Assembly (NCBI GenBank): GCA_030141605.1
Contig: JAQGDQ010000292.1
Location: forward strand, 186,001-250,000
DNA: 64,000 nt
DNA from: Tubiluchus corallicola
Taxonomy: Eukaryota > Animalia > Priapulida
Direction: 5' to 3'
Under the pieces are notes generated by a model. It had not been told where the DNA came from. It worked only from the letters and a program-made list of their open reading frames with translations, and searched no databases. Position numbers and translations under genes: made by a program. Numbering within the stretch: the first letter of the stretch is position 1; each line of letters opens with the position of its first letter. This document shows, piece by piece, positions 39,601 to 47,600 of the stretch.

Positions 39601-42600
39601 AGTGTGGTAGGAGGGAGCTCCTCTGACAAAACAGCTTCCACCCATCTATTAGATAAATATAAATGATTTCAAATTAAAATTAAGTTTAGCCATTTTATAA
39701 TATCACTAGCTACTATACAAGTGTTGTAAAAGTAGAAATATATAGGTGCACAGAGATAAAATTTTGAGATTTAATCACTAATCTTCAGTCACAAAAATTT
39801 ACACACAAAGAAACAGATGTCCCTACTACTATAAACAAAGACAAAAACATATGTAATTTGACTGAAACAAAGCAAAGAAAAAATGCTCAAAAAGATTGAC
39901 TTAATTATAAAACCATCACATTGTAACAGGATTGCAGGCTTAACTGATTACTACATGGGTCTAAGATTGTTTGATGATTTGTAAATCTAAGTGTTCAACA
40001 TAACGATAAGGACCTCTTGCCATTGGTTCTTAAATGCATTTCTCACTTTTCTGCTGCTTCTTAACTCTTTCTCTTTTGCTAGATGCAAAACAGTTTCTAA
40101 TAAGGCCAGCTAGCTTTTCACCTCACTTTTCAACGTGTAGAACTCTTTTTAAGTTTCCCTGAAAATACAGCTTCACGCTCTTCAAGAAGAATTTATAAAT
40201 ATCTCCTACTACTAACAAATTTTCTTATAACCAGCATTTTCATTATTCCGAGTGACTGGGGCAATTTGTAAAAATGCTGTCTCTCCATTTTTACTTTCAC
40301 ATTCTCTGACTGGCGACTAATCCTAAGCTGATTATTGCCGCTAAACCATTCCTTTATTACCATTACCATATAGCTTCAGTTTATAATGGTTAGGCTGCTA
40401 CATTGCACATGGGCATACCTGGACTGTTACTGCGATAATAGTTGATACTGTGCACTATACACGCAAGAGACCTGTGTATACACTACTTTTGCTTAAACCA
40501 CTTTTCCAAAGTGCACAACTACTACAATGCATAAAAACATTTATTATGCAACGTTCATAAACTGCGCAGCCAGTTTTTACAACAACCAAAGCCCGAAAAA
40601 CAATTTCCGCCAAAACACTTGAGAAGATTCCAACAATGTGAGTCAACACACAAAACAAACACAACAAGCAGTCGTAAACAAAGGCAAGTAACAAAAATAT
40701 GAGCTAGACAAAAAATATCGTTACTAGTTCTATGCCAAGACACGTTTTGCGGTATTTAATAAGCAATGTCGATTAAACGACCCATTTACAGTAACAAATG
40801 AACAAACTTCAAAAGGTTTTTATACAAAAGCAATAATTTAAAAAAAATGGGGAAATTATCGGAGCAAATGGTTCTAACAATTAACACAACGTATGAACTT
40901 CCTCGCCGAGTCATTAAGCAGCCTTTACTGACCACAGTATCACTATTAGCTACAGTATCACTGATATTTTACCAACTGTGGGGTAGGGTACTACAACATT
41001 TTAATTCCGATAAGGAATGAAAGAAGCATTTATAACGTATTGGCAACGAATCAGGAGTAATATTTAAAATCTTTGTAAACGTTTTCTTGCAAATGTATTG
41101 GGTTTGTTTAAAGCAATTCGTATATATTATGTTATAACAATAACGCTCATATTGACATTAATACTTGTTTTCTTGGCACGAAAACTCATATCAATAGTTA
41201 ACTTTCCTGGTTAAAAACTGAAATGTAGTTTAAGGGTTTTTATTTATTTGTACATTACATAAGTCATGGCATAAAAAGATTGATATTAAATATATCTAGT
41301 CATGGCCATGAGCTACATAAAGTAGATGACGATAAATACTTATGACCATGGAAACCTCATTATAGATCCAGATGTAAATGTAAATGACCTAGCTAAGTAA
41401 TTATAATACATCGATAAACAGCAATTGGCCTCTATTTAAAAGTATATGCGTGCATAACAACAAACAGACATTTCCTACAGATACATCTAATAGCCTTTAA
41501 TGTGAAGCAAATTATGACGGGCGGACAAAACTGTTCCACCGTTTCCTGTTTGCTACTTCCATGAGACTTCCCCAGCAGGAAATAAGAGGGGATCGGGTAT
41601 TCGTCTTAAACTACTAACTACAGCTCAACAAAACACTTGTGCAAGTAGTTTATAGTTTATTAGATCCACATATTACGTACATGTTGAACAACAGTTTATA
41701 ACAATATTAAAGCCTTAAAAAACACGAGTGTAAATGGAGAGCCTACGACGGGGAGTAAACTTGTTTAAGCACTCCTAGTATGCAAGATGAAGTCAACATA
41801 TGAAAAAATCATTGAAAGTAGAAACAAGGAGATAGGTAAACGCAGGCAGACAGAAAGAGTTAAAAACAGTATCGTGACGGTGATTAGATTAAATTGCGCA
41901 TTAAAGTAAATAATCAGAGAAAAGTGAGTATGCAAATATTACAACAAATAACTAGAGAGTGTACTAATAAGCAACCACAACTAGATATTTTCAAAAAAAT
42001 ATTGTTTGAATTTTCTTTTGAAGATAAAAACTGAGTTTGAAAGTTAAATATCGCCCGTTATAGTGTTGCATAGTCTTGGTCCAGTATTGGCCATAAAATG
42101 CCTTGCAGTAACGCTAGAGAACTATAGCTGATGTAATACAATAAACTCTAAACAATATTAAAATGTATTCAAATGGAGTAGATGCTACCCAGATTGTAAT
42201 GGCCAGCACACACGCATTCATACGTGGACAACCATTATTAATTCCAAAAAATTATAAGCGATTCATTGTAATCTTACCGTTACTGTACAGTCAGAATGAA
42301 AGCAAAAAATACCAACTAACACCAACTTTGTGAACGAACAACAGCCTGCCTAACTATTAAGAGCAAAACTATTTCTTTCGCCTCAAATTGGTCAACCAGG
42401 TCTTGTGTGACTGTGGGCCATTAGAACACTAGACTGTACGGACGGTTAAAATCAACATGACGGTATTAATTTACCCGCGTCCGGTACCTGCTCATAACAA
42501 AACCCCTGAAAGGTAATTTAATGCGCAGCTATGCCATTATACTATATTTGTCAAAGCATTTGCCACATTATTTTGATAAGGTTGAGTACACACAACTAGG

Positions 42601-44587
42601 AACTGGCGTGTGGGAGGAATAACCTACTAGTAGCGGTAATAATAATAACAGATACAGGTTCAAAGTTGATCAGTTTGATTACTGTATTACGATACAGTTA
42701 CGCATATCAGGAAGAAGATACAGCAGCAGTTATAAAAACAGTGACTGACACTATGCAAACAATGAATTATAGCTTTGTACGGGTATAGTCAGATAATGAT
42801 CGATATTAAAAACGATACAGTAAGTTTCATCTTGAATTCTGTGTCGCACGGGGAGAGCAAATGATTTGCGGCGAATTTATAGCTTAAAACCGTGTCAAAA
42901 TAAGACGTTAAGCTAAAGCGCTCACACAACAAAATGAAATTCGCTAGTCTAGAAAAAATTATTAAGCAACTAAAGCAGACACACTTTTATATTAAATACG
43001 TGTACACATATTCTAGGCAAGCGGTGGTGTATATTGACAAAAGACAAAAGTATAAACTTTCGGAGGAAAAATCTATTGTTAAATAAAAATGTCAAATCAT
43101 ATATAGACACTAAATTACAACACCTCGGCTCGGGATTTGAAAGAAAAAGTAATATTAATCCACGGCTGGTAGCTATAAATGACTTTCACGCATGAAAAAT
43201 ACAGTGTGCGCCATAATAAATTGACACCTAAAAGCAAACATGTAATGTGAGATTCGAACGAGGAATCTTGCGACCACTAACATGCCTCAAAAACAGTCAA
43301 CTAAGCTAATATGGTAAAAGTATGTTAAAACTTACAGTTTCGCTTCTTCTAAGTGGCAGAGGTACTCATAGGCAACCTGTTGCTGTCTGCGTTCATCCAT
43401 CTCCTCTGCTGTGAGTCTCCCCACATGCTCATCATAAATAGCTTCAACAAATTAAAAAATGAATTTTAATGTTTAACTTACATAATTATTACAATTAACA
43501 TTTTAGAATATGTAAATTTTTAAGCCTATAAATTCTGTGTAAAAGTTTATTATTTGCACAGCTACATAGTATAACTAGCCTTACTTACGTTGAACAAGTC
43601 TAGCATGTTATACAAACAAGTGTTTTCAAACGTGTTTTTTATTTGCAATTTTTTTGCAAATGAAATGCATCATTTAAATGTTTTGTTTGACAAAAACGAA
43701 AATAAAACCAGGTAAAAAGAAGTTCGAATATAGTTTACTTCACAATCTTGCCTCACTGAAATCGTCAAATTCAATTTGACAAGTATAATCTAAACTTTCT
43801 GTTTGCAGTTTGAAAAGGCCAAACTGATGAAGCCAATTCTGCTATCATAAAAATCAATTTATATTGTTTTGTACACCTACTGTGTATGATTTGCCCCGCG
43901 AGTCAACCAAATAGCAACAGTATTAATCTGCCAATGCGTTTCTCTATAGCCAACAAGCTACCGCGTTTACCTGATACATTTTAGAGCAAAAAAACATTTA
44001 CTGGCCAGGGGCAACACACGCCGCGGCTTATTAGATAAATAAACATTTTTGTCGCCGCCATAAATGAAGGAATAAATCAGTCTAATTATATTTCTACAAT
44101 CTGCGTGCATAAAATAGTTTTTACGTCACAACAGCACATCTACAAACTGAAAGTTGTGATTATCACAGAAGTGCATGTGCATGTATAATATTGCATATAA
44201 ACGATTTTGTACTTAAATTAAACACGTTGCAAACACGCCTTATAAATTTTGACAAGTGACAAGATGTACCCTGGATTTTAATGCGCAATTTACAGTTCGT
44301 TGAATAATATCCAGATTTATAGTTATCTCGATGTTATGAAACTATGTTATGTTTAAAGCCGCGGCAGATCTGCATTGGTGGTACACTGGCCCAGACTGTA
44401 TTGCTCCTAGACTATAACAATGCATCTATAATAAGTATTTAACAAGCAAAACCAAGAAATTGTACTAACTTCCATAATGTGCATGATCCGATCCAAGTCC
44501 ACCGTGTTTGGAATCAGTAAAATCAAGTTCAACGCTGCTGACACTACTTAGAGAAAATCGACCAGGCTTGATCGTTGGTGAACTCAT
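499..44587 (-). CDS. IQGAP1: IQGAP (Ras GTPase-activating-like protein IQGAP1-like), 26 coding exons in window, 3' end beyond left edge
   Basis: The spliced translation matches hallmark IQGAP1 sequences: HYG...RLTAEEMDERRQQQVAYEYLCHLEEAK, LEEGLMNGVYLAKLG, GLHFRHTDN, FYPETTDVYDRKNMPR, YLFKLGLAPQIQ, KYGIQMPVFSKIGGILANE, a WW domain, 4 IQ motifs, MDIKIGLLVKNRITLQDVV and YQHLFYYLQTNPHYLAKLIF. All exon phases are compatible. Confidence 0.97.
771..845 (-). CDS. IQGAP1: IQGAP exon 25
   Basis: MRVEKPSDIVTGNPMVIRMVVGFNR. Confidence 0.95.
990..1300 (-). CDS. IQGAP1: IQGAP exon 24 (start of RasGAP-related region)
   Basis: DVVAHGRKL...LEAYQHLFYYLQTNPHYLAKLIFAMPQSRTTKFMESVILTLYNYAGNQREEYLL. Confidence 0.96.
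1832..1925. repeat. 30-bp minisatellite, ~3 copies
   Basis: CTACGATCATTGTGACTGTAGATGTTAGTT repeated. Confidence 0.9.
1999..2496. mobile_element. Tc1/mariner (pogo/Tigger-like) MITE
   Basis: 21-bp TIR CAGTCAACCTCGGRTATAAGG, TA on both flanks and internal TCCCTTATA repeats; a second, inverted copy starts at 50535. Confidence 0.9.
2797..2918 (-). CDS. IQGAP1: IQGAP exon 23
   Basis: LTKLKEKVVAVIRSNQKLEQDLNTMDIKIGLLVKNRITLQ. Confidence 0.96.
3157..3243 (-). CDS. IQGAP1: IQGAP exon 22
   Basis: HSPNPPLNVVRKFVHLLEYSDADYSEEL. Confidence 0.95.
3352..3421 (-). CDS. IQGAP1: IQGAP exon 21 (IQ4)
   Basis: EGAAILLQAWWRSNLARNDYWLF. Confidence 0.93.
3666..3737 (-). CDS. IQGAP1: IQGAP exon 20 (IQ3)
   Basis: IQAIVRMWLAKKGYQDKLAYFKDH. 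Confidence 0.94.
3898..4065 (-). CDS. IQGAP1: IQGAP exon 19 (IQ1-IQ2)
   Basis: VRGHQARARYRER...IVRIQAQWKSYTQRKKYQERL. Confidence 0.94.
5064..5305 (-). CDS. IQGAP1: IQGAP exon 18 (WW domain and start of IQ1)
   Basis: SWLMMKTKEGHPFYLDVETGLWQWKVP...LTKDEIQ...IVKIQAQ. Confidence 0.94.
5351..5450. repeat. 36-bp tandem repeat, ~3 copies, in a short IQGAP intron
   Basis: TAACCATTAAATTAGANAGATAAAA repeated every 36 bp. Confidence 0.85.
5485..5655 (-). CDS. IQGAP1: IQGAP exon 17 (IQGAP repeat)
   Basis: CSAISVINKAVDREDEKEMLEAMQQ...CVPTYLQRLKTAKQEK. Confidence 0.92.
5908..6001 (-). CDS. IQGAP1: IQGAP exon 16
   Basis: GIDDEGLHELWLEEIQEIILSANRQ. Confidence 0.92.
6545..6708 (-). CDS. IQGAP1: IQGAP exon 15 (IQGAP repeat)
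   Basis: VAAIHHINEAIDSGDQNVVLAALQLPAAAL...AKHAKTE. Confidence 0.93.
6885..7570. repeat. Degenerate 21-bp minisatellite (AAAGCAATAAGTACAGCATAG) split by a MITE
   Basis: Units at ~6885-6975 and ~7460-7570. Confidence 0.7.
6976..7459. mobile_element. Degenerate Tigger/pogo-like MITE
   Basis: TA|CAGT...ACTG|TA termini with imperfect TIRs (CAGTAGTACCTCTGTTTTCGACC vs CAGTCATGCGTCCATTGTCGAAC), interrupting one minisatellite unit. Confidence 0.6.
7576..7651 (-). CDS. IQGAP1: IQGAP exon 14
   Basis: CDLLTHFEIQDLIQEVNKQVKEELA. Confidence 0.9.
8115..8200 (+). mobile_element. Possible tRNA-derived SINE head
   Basis: A-box-like GCTCAGCTGAG and B-box-like GGTTCAAATACC; no full cloverleaf. Confidence 0.35.
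8298..8467 (-). CDS. IQGAP1: IQGAP exon 13 (IQGAP repeat)
   Basis: VLSVVAKINIAIDNCSAETLFEALSDK...AKGRKKNSS. Confidence 0.92.
9279..9479 (-). CDS. IQGAP1: IQGAP exon 12 (IQGAP repeat)
   Basis: LTAVEAINSALAGDDSAITLQALKD...LDFDEIAGGVK. Confidence 0.92.
10401..10494 (-). CDS. IQGAP1: IQGAP exon 11
   Basis: NLERDDIQAAVSDAN; phases fit the neighbouring exons. Confidence 0.9.
10701..10861 (-). CDS. IQGAP1: IQGAP exon 10 (IQGAP repeat)
   Basis: EEAIVELNAALDSHDEEALVLALQSRHLG...NASWYMECL. Confidence 0.92.
11482..11572 (-). CDS. IQGAP1: IQGAP exon 9
   Basis: SMDPDTTYEPDVYDELLTQAEIQGFLNKTN. Confidence 0.93.
12134..12312 (-). CDS. IQGAP1: IQGAP exon 8 (IQGAP repeat)
   Basis: LHAAVIAINEAIEKQDAKVTLEALQNP...ALNR. 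Confidence 0.95.
12893..13006 (-). CDS. IQGAP1: IQGAP exon 7
   Basis: EEEINNMRKALEKYGIQMPVFSKIGGILANEMSVDEAA; phase-1 acceptor TTTCAG|AA. Confidence 0.96.
15208..24111 (-). CDS. Giant intronic ORF part 2 (2967 aa): nine 256-aa tandem repeats, coiled coil, CxxC pair, C-terminal hydrophobic segment; continues part 1 across a 1-nt insertion at 24106
   Basis: 8.9 kb without a stop codon. The repeat phase runs continuously across the junction once the extra base at 24106 is removed (ELLSSA|ILSMPF, as in all other copies). Confidence 0.88.
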   Translation of the reverse strand: MPILSMPFEIFLDDKDSLYASAESLSSSASIPIEVEVLECQPALELSEESDYDSDTYFHAHYTHDSAVKPLEEVSLKGSDLIMEKKGESFSEILFDKTKAENLLLFAPTTAEKTAYGHVKSTYEIELSSKLPLSVNWTCTSTSEFPVDEYVLMSKSNYLSQLFEPTSQAPKDIVLAQELFETVLLSKTESKLQTVSVVQLPDIVDLEHVKELAWEPLIIACKPKLVFGDSDFPKLPNEVPLHTLAIQVTEQNELLSSAILSMPFQIFLDDKDSLHASAESLSSSASISIEVEVLECQPALELSDESDYDSDTYFHAHYTHDSAVKPLEEVSLKGSDLIVERKGESISEILFDKTKAENLLLFAPTAAEKTAYGHVKSTYEIELSSKLPLSVNWTCTSTSEFPVDEYVLMSKFNYLSQLLEPMSQAPKDIVLAEELFETVLLSKTESKLQTVSVVQLPDIVDLEHVKELAWEPLIIACKPKLVFDDSDFPKLPNEVLLHTLAIQVTEQNELLSSAILSMPFQIFLDNKDSLYASAESLCSSASISIEVEVLECQPALELSEESDYDSDTYFHAHYTHDSAVKPLEEVSLKGSDLIVERKGESISEILFDKTKAENLLLFAPTAAEKTAYGHVKSTYEIELSSKLPLSVNWTCTSTSEFPVDEYVLMSKFNYLSQLLEPTSQAPKDILLAQELFETVLLSKTEPKLQTVSVVQLPDIVDLEHVKELAWEPLIIACKPKLVFDDSDFPKLPNEVLLHTLAIQVTEQNELLSSAILSMPFQIFLDDKDSLYASAESLSSSASISIEVEVLECQPALELSEESDYDSDTYFHAHYTHDSAVKPLEEVSLKGSDLIVERKGESISEILFDKTKAENLLVFAPAAAEKTTYGHVKSTYEIELSSKLPLSVNWTCTSTLQFPVDEYVLMSKFNYLSQLLEPTSQAPKDIVLAQELFETVLLSKTEPKLQTVSVVQLPDIVDLEHVKELAWEPLIIACKPKLVFDDSDFPKLPNEVLLHTLAIQVTEQNELLSSAILSMPFQIFLDDKDSLYASAESLSSSASIPIEVEVLECQPALELSEESDYDSDTYFNAHYTHDSAVKPLEEVSLKGSDLIMEKKGESFSEILFDKTKAENLLLFAPTTAEKTAYGHVKSTYEIELSSKLPLSVNWTCTSTSEFPVDEYVLMSKSHYLSQLFEPTSQAPKDIVLAQELFETVLLSKTESKLQTVSVVQLPDIVDLEHVKELAWEPLIIACKPKLVFDDSDFPKLPNEVLLHTLAIQVTEQNELLSSAILSMPFQIFLDDKDSLYASAESLSSSASISIEVEVLECQPALELSEESDYDSDTYFHAHYTHDSAVKPLEEVSLKGSDLIVERKGESISEILFDKTKAENLLLFAPTAAEKTGYGHVKSTYEIELSSKLPLSVNWTCTSTLQFPVDEYVLMSKFNYLSQLLEPTSQAPKDIVLAQELFETVLLSKTEPKLQTVSVVQLPDIVDLEHIKELAWEPLIIACKPKLVFDDSDFPKLPNEVLLHTLAIQVTEQNELLSSAILSMPFQIFLDDKDSLYASAESLSSSASIPIEVEVLECQPALELSEESDYDSDTYFNAHYTHDSAVKPLEEVSLKGSDLIMEKKGESFSEILFDKTKAENLLLFAPTTAEKTAYGHVKSTYEIELSSKLPLSVNWTCISTSEFPVDEYVLMSKFNYLSQLLEPTSQAPKDIVLAQELFETVLLSKTEPKLQTVSVVQLPDIVDLEHVKELAWEPLIIACKPKLVFDDSDFPKLPNEVLLHTLAIQVTEQNELLSSAILSMPFQIFLDDKDSLYASAESHSSSASIPIEVEVLECQPALELSEESDYDSDTYFHAHYTHDSAVKPLEEVSLKGSDLIVERKGESFSEILFDKTKAENLLVFAPAAAEKTAYGHVKSTYEIELSSKLPLSVNWTCTSTSQFPVDEYVLMSKSNYLSQLFEQTSQAPKDIVLAQELFETVLLSKTEPKLQTVSVVQLPDIVDLEHVKELAWEPLIIACKPKLVFDDSDFPKLPNGVLLHTLAIQVTEQNELLSSAILSMPFQIFLDDKDSLYASAESLSSSASIPIEVEVLECLPALELSEESDYDSDTYFHAHYTHDSAVKPLEEVSLKGSDLIVERKGESIAEILFDKTKTENLLLFAPAAAEKTAYGHVKSTYEIELSSKLPLSVNWTCTSTSQFPVDEYVLMSKFNYLSQLLEPTSQAPIDIVLAQELFETVLLSKTEPKLQTVSVVQLPGIVDLEHVKELTWEPLIIACKPKLVFDDSDFPKLPSEVLLHTLAIEISELDDKVSLQFFPSIIQLKPVISFFNPPEIPSKVNVDYLSSQVVSHVNKYDVEESENEFPMQLNLDETNSFLGSDSVYSSSTDSTLFVNLSKSISLTDTFLATMEWVIKHIPEDTDLFSCTLAEDFDDDKSESDLYLSCHFVLLNSSCFELLDSEARQCLSLRKQLESKYLLHKSELFIAKCFFVALPAMEFNDTDIPIKENKFLEHTNIISDRHLYRSELNVSLNQNIEQTYHLYDKLGVKHRLLSWAEAGHVQPIFSSTCKHSFSFPSTSIAKQRSPSCRDICLPKLSNLKEVKATHHGTFTSAASDLRSHEKYLSKIFEEINCTKNVMLTELNYRNNELLEEVNHMTSSLRDEVTHTREMLLHELNYTRAKLKQEIQHVRDSPFRSADLPITAKYSSQVTNVASNVATKAESATEDRAVSDVYVHFADSSNNVTRKFSLVDSQGVAGVSSISSWECIDGSRICLPPATRVLTLLCPHCSCVTSLQIAKSKSAKSQSFSQHLDNKYSTAVCQYCDCLHPDSEITLTRCFDEAENDGTESGRYKSEVHKELQEPKSNKAAAEVHTLGISNETTRHDTLSGISNEVFQSSEILTSTPLRNLHSDGYNQAQSTFNSEHRGSISDEVAKYEKEILFCYCSICIILGSFFAFLLCVSFFLFVLSLSSVYKMVNG
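17225..24180 (-). repeat. Coding tandem array: 9 copies of a 768-bp (256-aa) unit, preceded by a diverged half copy at ~24180-24445
   Basis: Near-identical shadow ORFs recur every 768 bp (17754, 18522, ... 23898); the copies differ only by scattered substitutions. Confidence 0.98.
24086..34812 (-). CDS. Giant intronic ORF part 1 (3563 aa from ATG 34777; probable exon start at acceptor 34812): basic N-terminus, ~230-aa and ~30-aa degenerate repeats
   Basis: 10.7 kb without a stop codon in AT-rich DNA, with internal periodic W/P/L motifs. The acceptor TGCTTACTTTCAG|AT is in frame with IQGAP exon 6. Confidence 0.88.
35358..35425 (-). CDS. IQGAP1: IQGAP exon 6 (end of CH domain), phase-1 donor
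   Basis: LYLFKLGLAPQIQNLLGKVEFT; G|GTAAGA. Confidence 0.95.
35531..36755. mobile_element. Non-autonomous DNA transposon with TTAA target duplication (Kolobok-like termini)
   Basis: TTAA|AGGAAAACTGGACGATTG ... CAATCGTCCGGTTTTCCT|TTAA (18-bp TIR, 1 mismatch). Confidence 0.8.
35762..36442. mobile_element. MITE nested inside the TTAA element
   Basis: TIR CRGGGATGAGAAT / ATTCTCATCCCTG, flanked by a direct TTAAAC duplication (35756-35761 and 36443-36448). Confidence 0.75.
37290..37366 (-). CDS. IQGAP1: IQGAP exon 5 (CH domain)
   Basis: IFYPETTDVYDRKNMPRTVYCLHALS. Confidence 0.95.
38482..38559 (-). CDS. IQGAP1: IQGAP exon 4 (CH domain)
   Basis: AQGLHFRHTDNINFWVRAMEKIEFPK. Confidence 0.95.
39489..39645 (-). 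CDS. IQGAP1: IQGAP exon 3 (CH domain), followed by a GC donor
   Basis: WVEAVLSEELPPTTLLEEGLMNGVYLAKLG...DQTRYK; donor AAG|GCAAAT. Confidence 0.92.
43336..43441 (-). CDS. IQGAP1: IQGAP exon 2
   Basis: IYDEHVGRLTAEEMDERRQQQVAYEYLCHLEEAK; AG/GT boundaries. Confidence 0.95.
44470..44587 (-). CDS. IQGAP1: IQGAP exon 1 (ATG; MSSPTIKPG...SDHAHYG)
   Basis: ATG at 44587; HAHYG resembles IQGAP1 RPHYG; phase-1 GT donor fits exon 2. Confidence 0.8.
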
Positions 44588-45204
44588 TGTTATTTAATCA
44601 ATAACATTATTGATGATCTAAAAAATAACCACATCCATTTCACAAAGTTTGGTGGTCAGCGTACGCAACTTTCTGCTGGAAATTTTGCAACTACGTGTCC
44701 ACTCTCCACTGAGAACTTAACCCGCTGGGTCAGTGATAACGGGCGTACGTGTAGACAGCAGTGAACACAGTTCGCGCTACGCAGTTAAAACTTGTTCGAA
44801 TTTCATTTCCTGTGTTACTGATTCTACGCAATCTAGGGATATTACAGCAGGTCATGGGCGTTACACACATTCATCACTGCAGTAATAGATAGTATTGCGC
44901 AAGTTTTCTTACTTAAAAAAGCTGTGGTTTAAACAAAAACAATGAAACTTTCTAATCAATCAGAAAGGGCCGCAGTAACCAAGAATAAATATTGAAAATG
45001 CAAATTTCCATTGCACTATATGAATACATTATGTATGAATACAGTGTAATTATGTAATAATATAATTATGATATGTTGTAATTTGCTATATTACAAAATA
45101 ATATACAAGTTCAAACATTGCTTAATGTAAAATCTGTATTAAAGGACGTCTAAATGCAGTAAATTACGCGTCAGAACATTTCTTCAGAGCAGTTTCCTAT
45201 GCAG

Positions 45205-45430
45205 AAGGGTGTGCAGACATTTGGGTACAAGATGCTTTACCACAAAACTTTTGGACACACAAGTCATTTGGACATATAGCGTATTTGGATACATAGGTAA
45301 TTTGAACCACAGATTCCTTTGGACACAGGCTATTTGGACACATAGGGAATTTGGACACAATATGATTTGTACAAATAGGACGTTTTGCACAAGATGGGGC
45401 ATTTCTAATATGAGGGATTTAGACACGTGT
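45205..45430. repeat. Cluster of short TTTGGACAC repeats, probably a transposon subterminal array
   Basis: About 10 degenerate copies of TTGGACAC at 15-20 bp spacing. Confidence 0.55.
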
Positions 45431-46277
45431 AGCTTATCAATCACTATTCAACAATGACGACGCTTAATAATTTGATAAGAAAGCATTGAAGATTTATTCA
45501 CAGAAGCTATTTACTCTGTAACAAAGTCAAAATAACATAACTTCTAAAAGAGTGCAAACTCTACAAGAAATGCCGCTCAAATTCACAAAAAAGTAGCCAA
45601 GCATATTGCTTTCAGGGAATCTGTGATTGCAGATACAGCATGCGGTGTTGGTAACTATGGAGATAATGCTGTTCAAAATTAATTCGTATCTGTGGTTAGT
45701 CAAGTAAAATTATTCATCACATGCCAAACAATATCTGCTAAAATGTTTTTGTTGCCCATTTTAATGATCTGTAGTTATGGAGCCCCTAAAGAGACACAAG
45801 AAAAAAATTTAGTCATTCCCTCCGAGTTACTAAGTCGTTCCCCCAAGTTATTAAGACATTACCCCGAGTTAGTAACAGTATTGCATTGTAAATACATATA
45901 CATTCGTTCATTTGTTTATTGACCATTTCCTCTGCCCAAGAAATTAAGACCGTGACAGTTCACTTAAGTAGTAAAGCAACATATATATGTCCAAAGGACC
46001 GTTTTGAAAGGTTTGCATACCCTTTGTCTTCTACGGAGGTGATATTGGTTGATGGTATCGTCTTCAAATTTTCCACTAAAAGCATTTATATTTAAATGAC
46101 CATTTTTGACCAAGGTTACTGCCCTCTACTTATCATACACTTACATGTTTCGTCTATCGAACATCCCAATATTTCCTTTACTATATACACTAAATATTAT
46201 TTGGAGAACAGCAAGTTAATGTGTCAGTGTTAATATTAGGTGCTAAGATGTTTGAGTTATTTCTACACGTTGAATAT

Positions 46278-46400
46278 TTAAAATATTTCCAAAATTACAA
46301 CCTTTTCTATTACTACTAGGTCGAGTAGCAAAAGTAGTATAAAAATTTCCAAAATTACAACCTCTTACATCTACTACTACTAGGCGTAGTGGAAATAGTA
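46278..46400. repeat. 60-bp tandem duplication
   Basis: ATTTCCAAAATTACAACCT...TACTACTAGG occurs twice, 60 bp apart. Confidence 0.75.
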
Positions 46401-46469
46401 TAATAAAAAATTTGCAATTTTTACATGTAAGCTTGCTGAGAACTGCACACATTTGCTAGAGTATACAAT

Positions 46470-47600
46470 GCTAGGACATTCGGCAGGGAGTCCATGAACA
46501 GATTTTCATTTTTTCCACACATTTTTGCTTTGTCACCAATCCCTTGGCATGTGTGGCAATTAATGGATGTGCTATGGTAGTATAAAAATGGACACAAACT
46601 ACTTTGATATGACCAGGTTTGGGAGTACTCCAATTCCATAGCAGCTTACTCGTTTCCCTTATGATCTGTTGCTACCAAAGGCGGTTATGCCAGAGTGTTG
46701 GTTTCTGTTCTCATGTTCATACCTTGCTGGTTTTGATTATTGCATCACTAAAATCATGTTGCGCTGAGTGCTCCTCATTCCGGTAGTATCGTAATCTGTT
46801 TACCGTTAGTTCTGAATGTGCGGCTGCAATATTATTGATGAGCTTATCGGTCCCTTTTTTCAATGAGTGCATAATATCATACAACAAGGATGATGAAAAC
46901 TTTTGGCAAAATTTTTTATGCTTTTATAACTTCAAATACAAGTGTTCCAATATCAGCCATTTCCACTGTGTTTGAGTCCTTCAGCATTTCTTAAAGTGCA
47001 ACCATTTATTGATCAGATTGTTGAATCACCTAGAATCAGATGTTTCAGCTTATCAATCACTTGTTCTCCGCCTGAAGTGCCAGAACTGCATAGCATCTCG
47101 ATTTCACTTTTTATTGTGTCGTTTTCTCTCTCTTTCACTACAGCTGATTAAGGTATTTGTTACGTCATCTTTTAGGGCTGGTACCTGTTTCGAATTTATT
47201 TCCAGAGTAGTACCTTGGAAATTAAAACCTCTTTTAATAGCTGCAGCACTTGACAGAGGTAATTTAATTTCTCCAATATCGTTTGGCATCTGACGGCATG
47301 CTGCCAGGGCATACCCAGCAACTTCTTGTAGCAATGTTACCAGTAATGTCAACACACAAGCAATGGCACCATCGCCCACATTTACAGCACTCAATCATCT
47401 TAACTCTCTCTCCATTTCTACCTGATGAACAGGTTTCTAAACAACAATTTTCCCATGAACGAACTTGGCCTGGAAACGGCCTCTCGGGGTTGCAGTCTGT
47501 GTGAGACATACCGAGGGTTTTATAGCAAATGTTCAGGGCACAGTAGATTCTCTGTTTGAGCAATACTTTGATGCAATAAATAGTTCTGTTCTTAGTATTA
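46470..47600 (-). pseudogene. Decayed ORF containing a PHD-finger-like segment (probable transposon remnant)
   Basis: NCCLETC...MIECCKCGRWCHCLCV...CWVCPG fits the PHD pattern but lacks the last Cys; downstream frames are broken by stops and frameshifts. Confidence 0.5.

Noticed and set aside
42270-42430. Possible alternative IQGAP first exon (strong donor ACG|GTAAGA at ~42277)
   Set aside because: The frame needed to join exon 3 contains a stop just before the donor, and there is no further support without transcripts.
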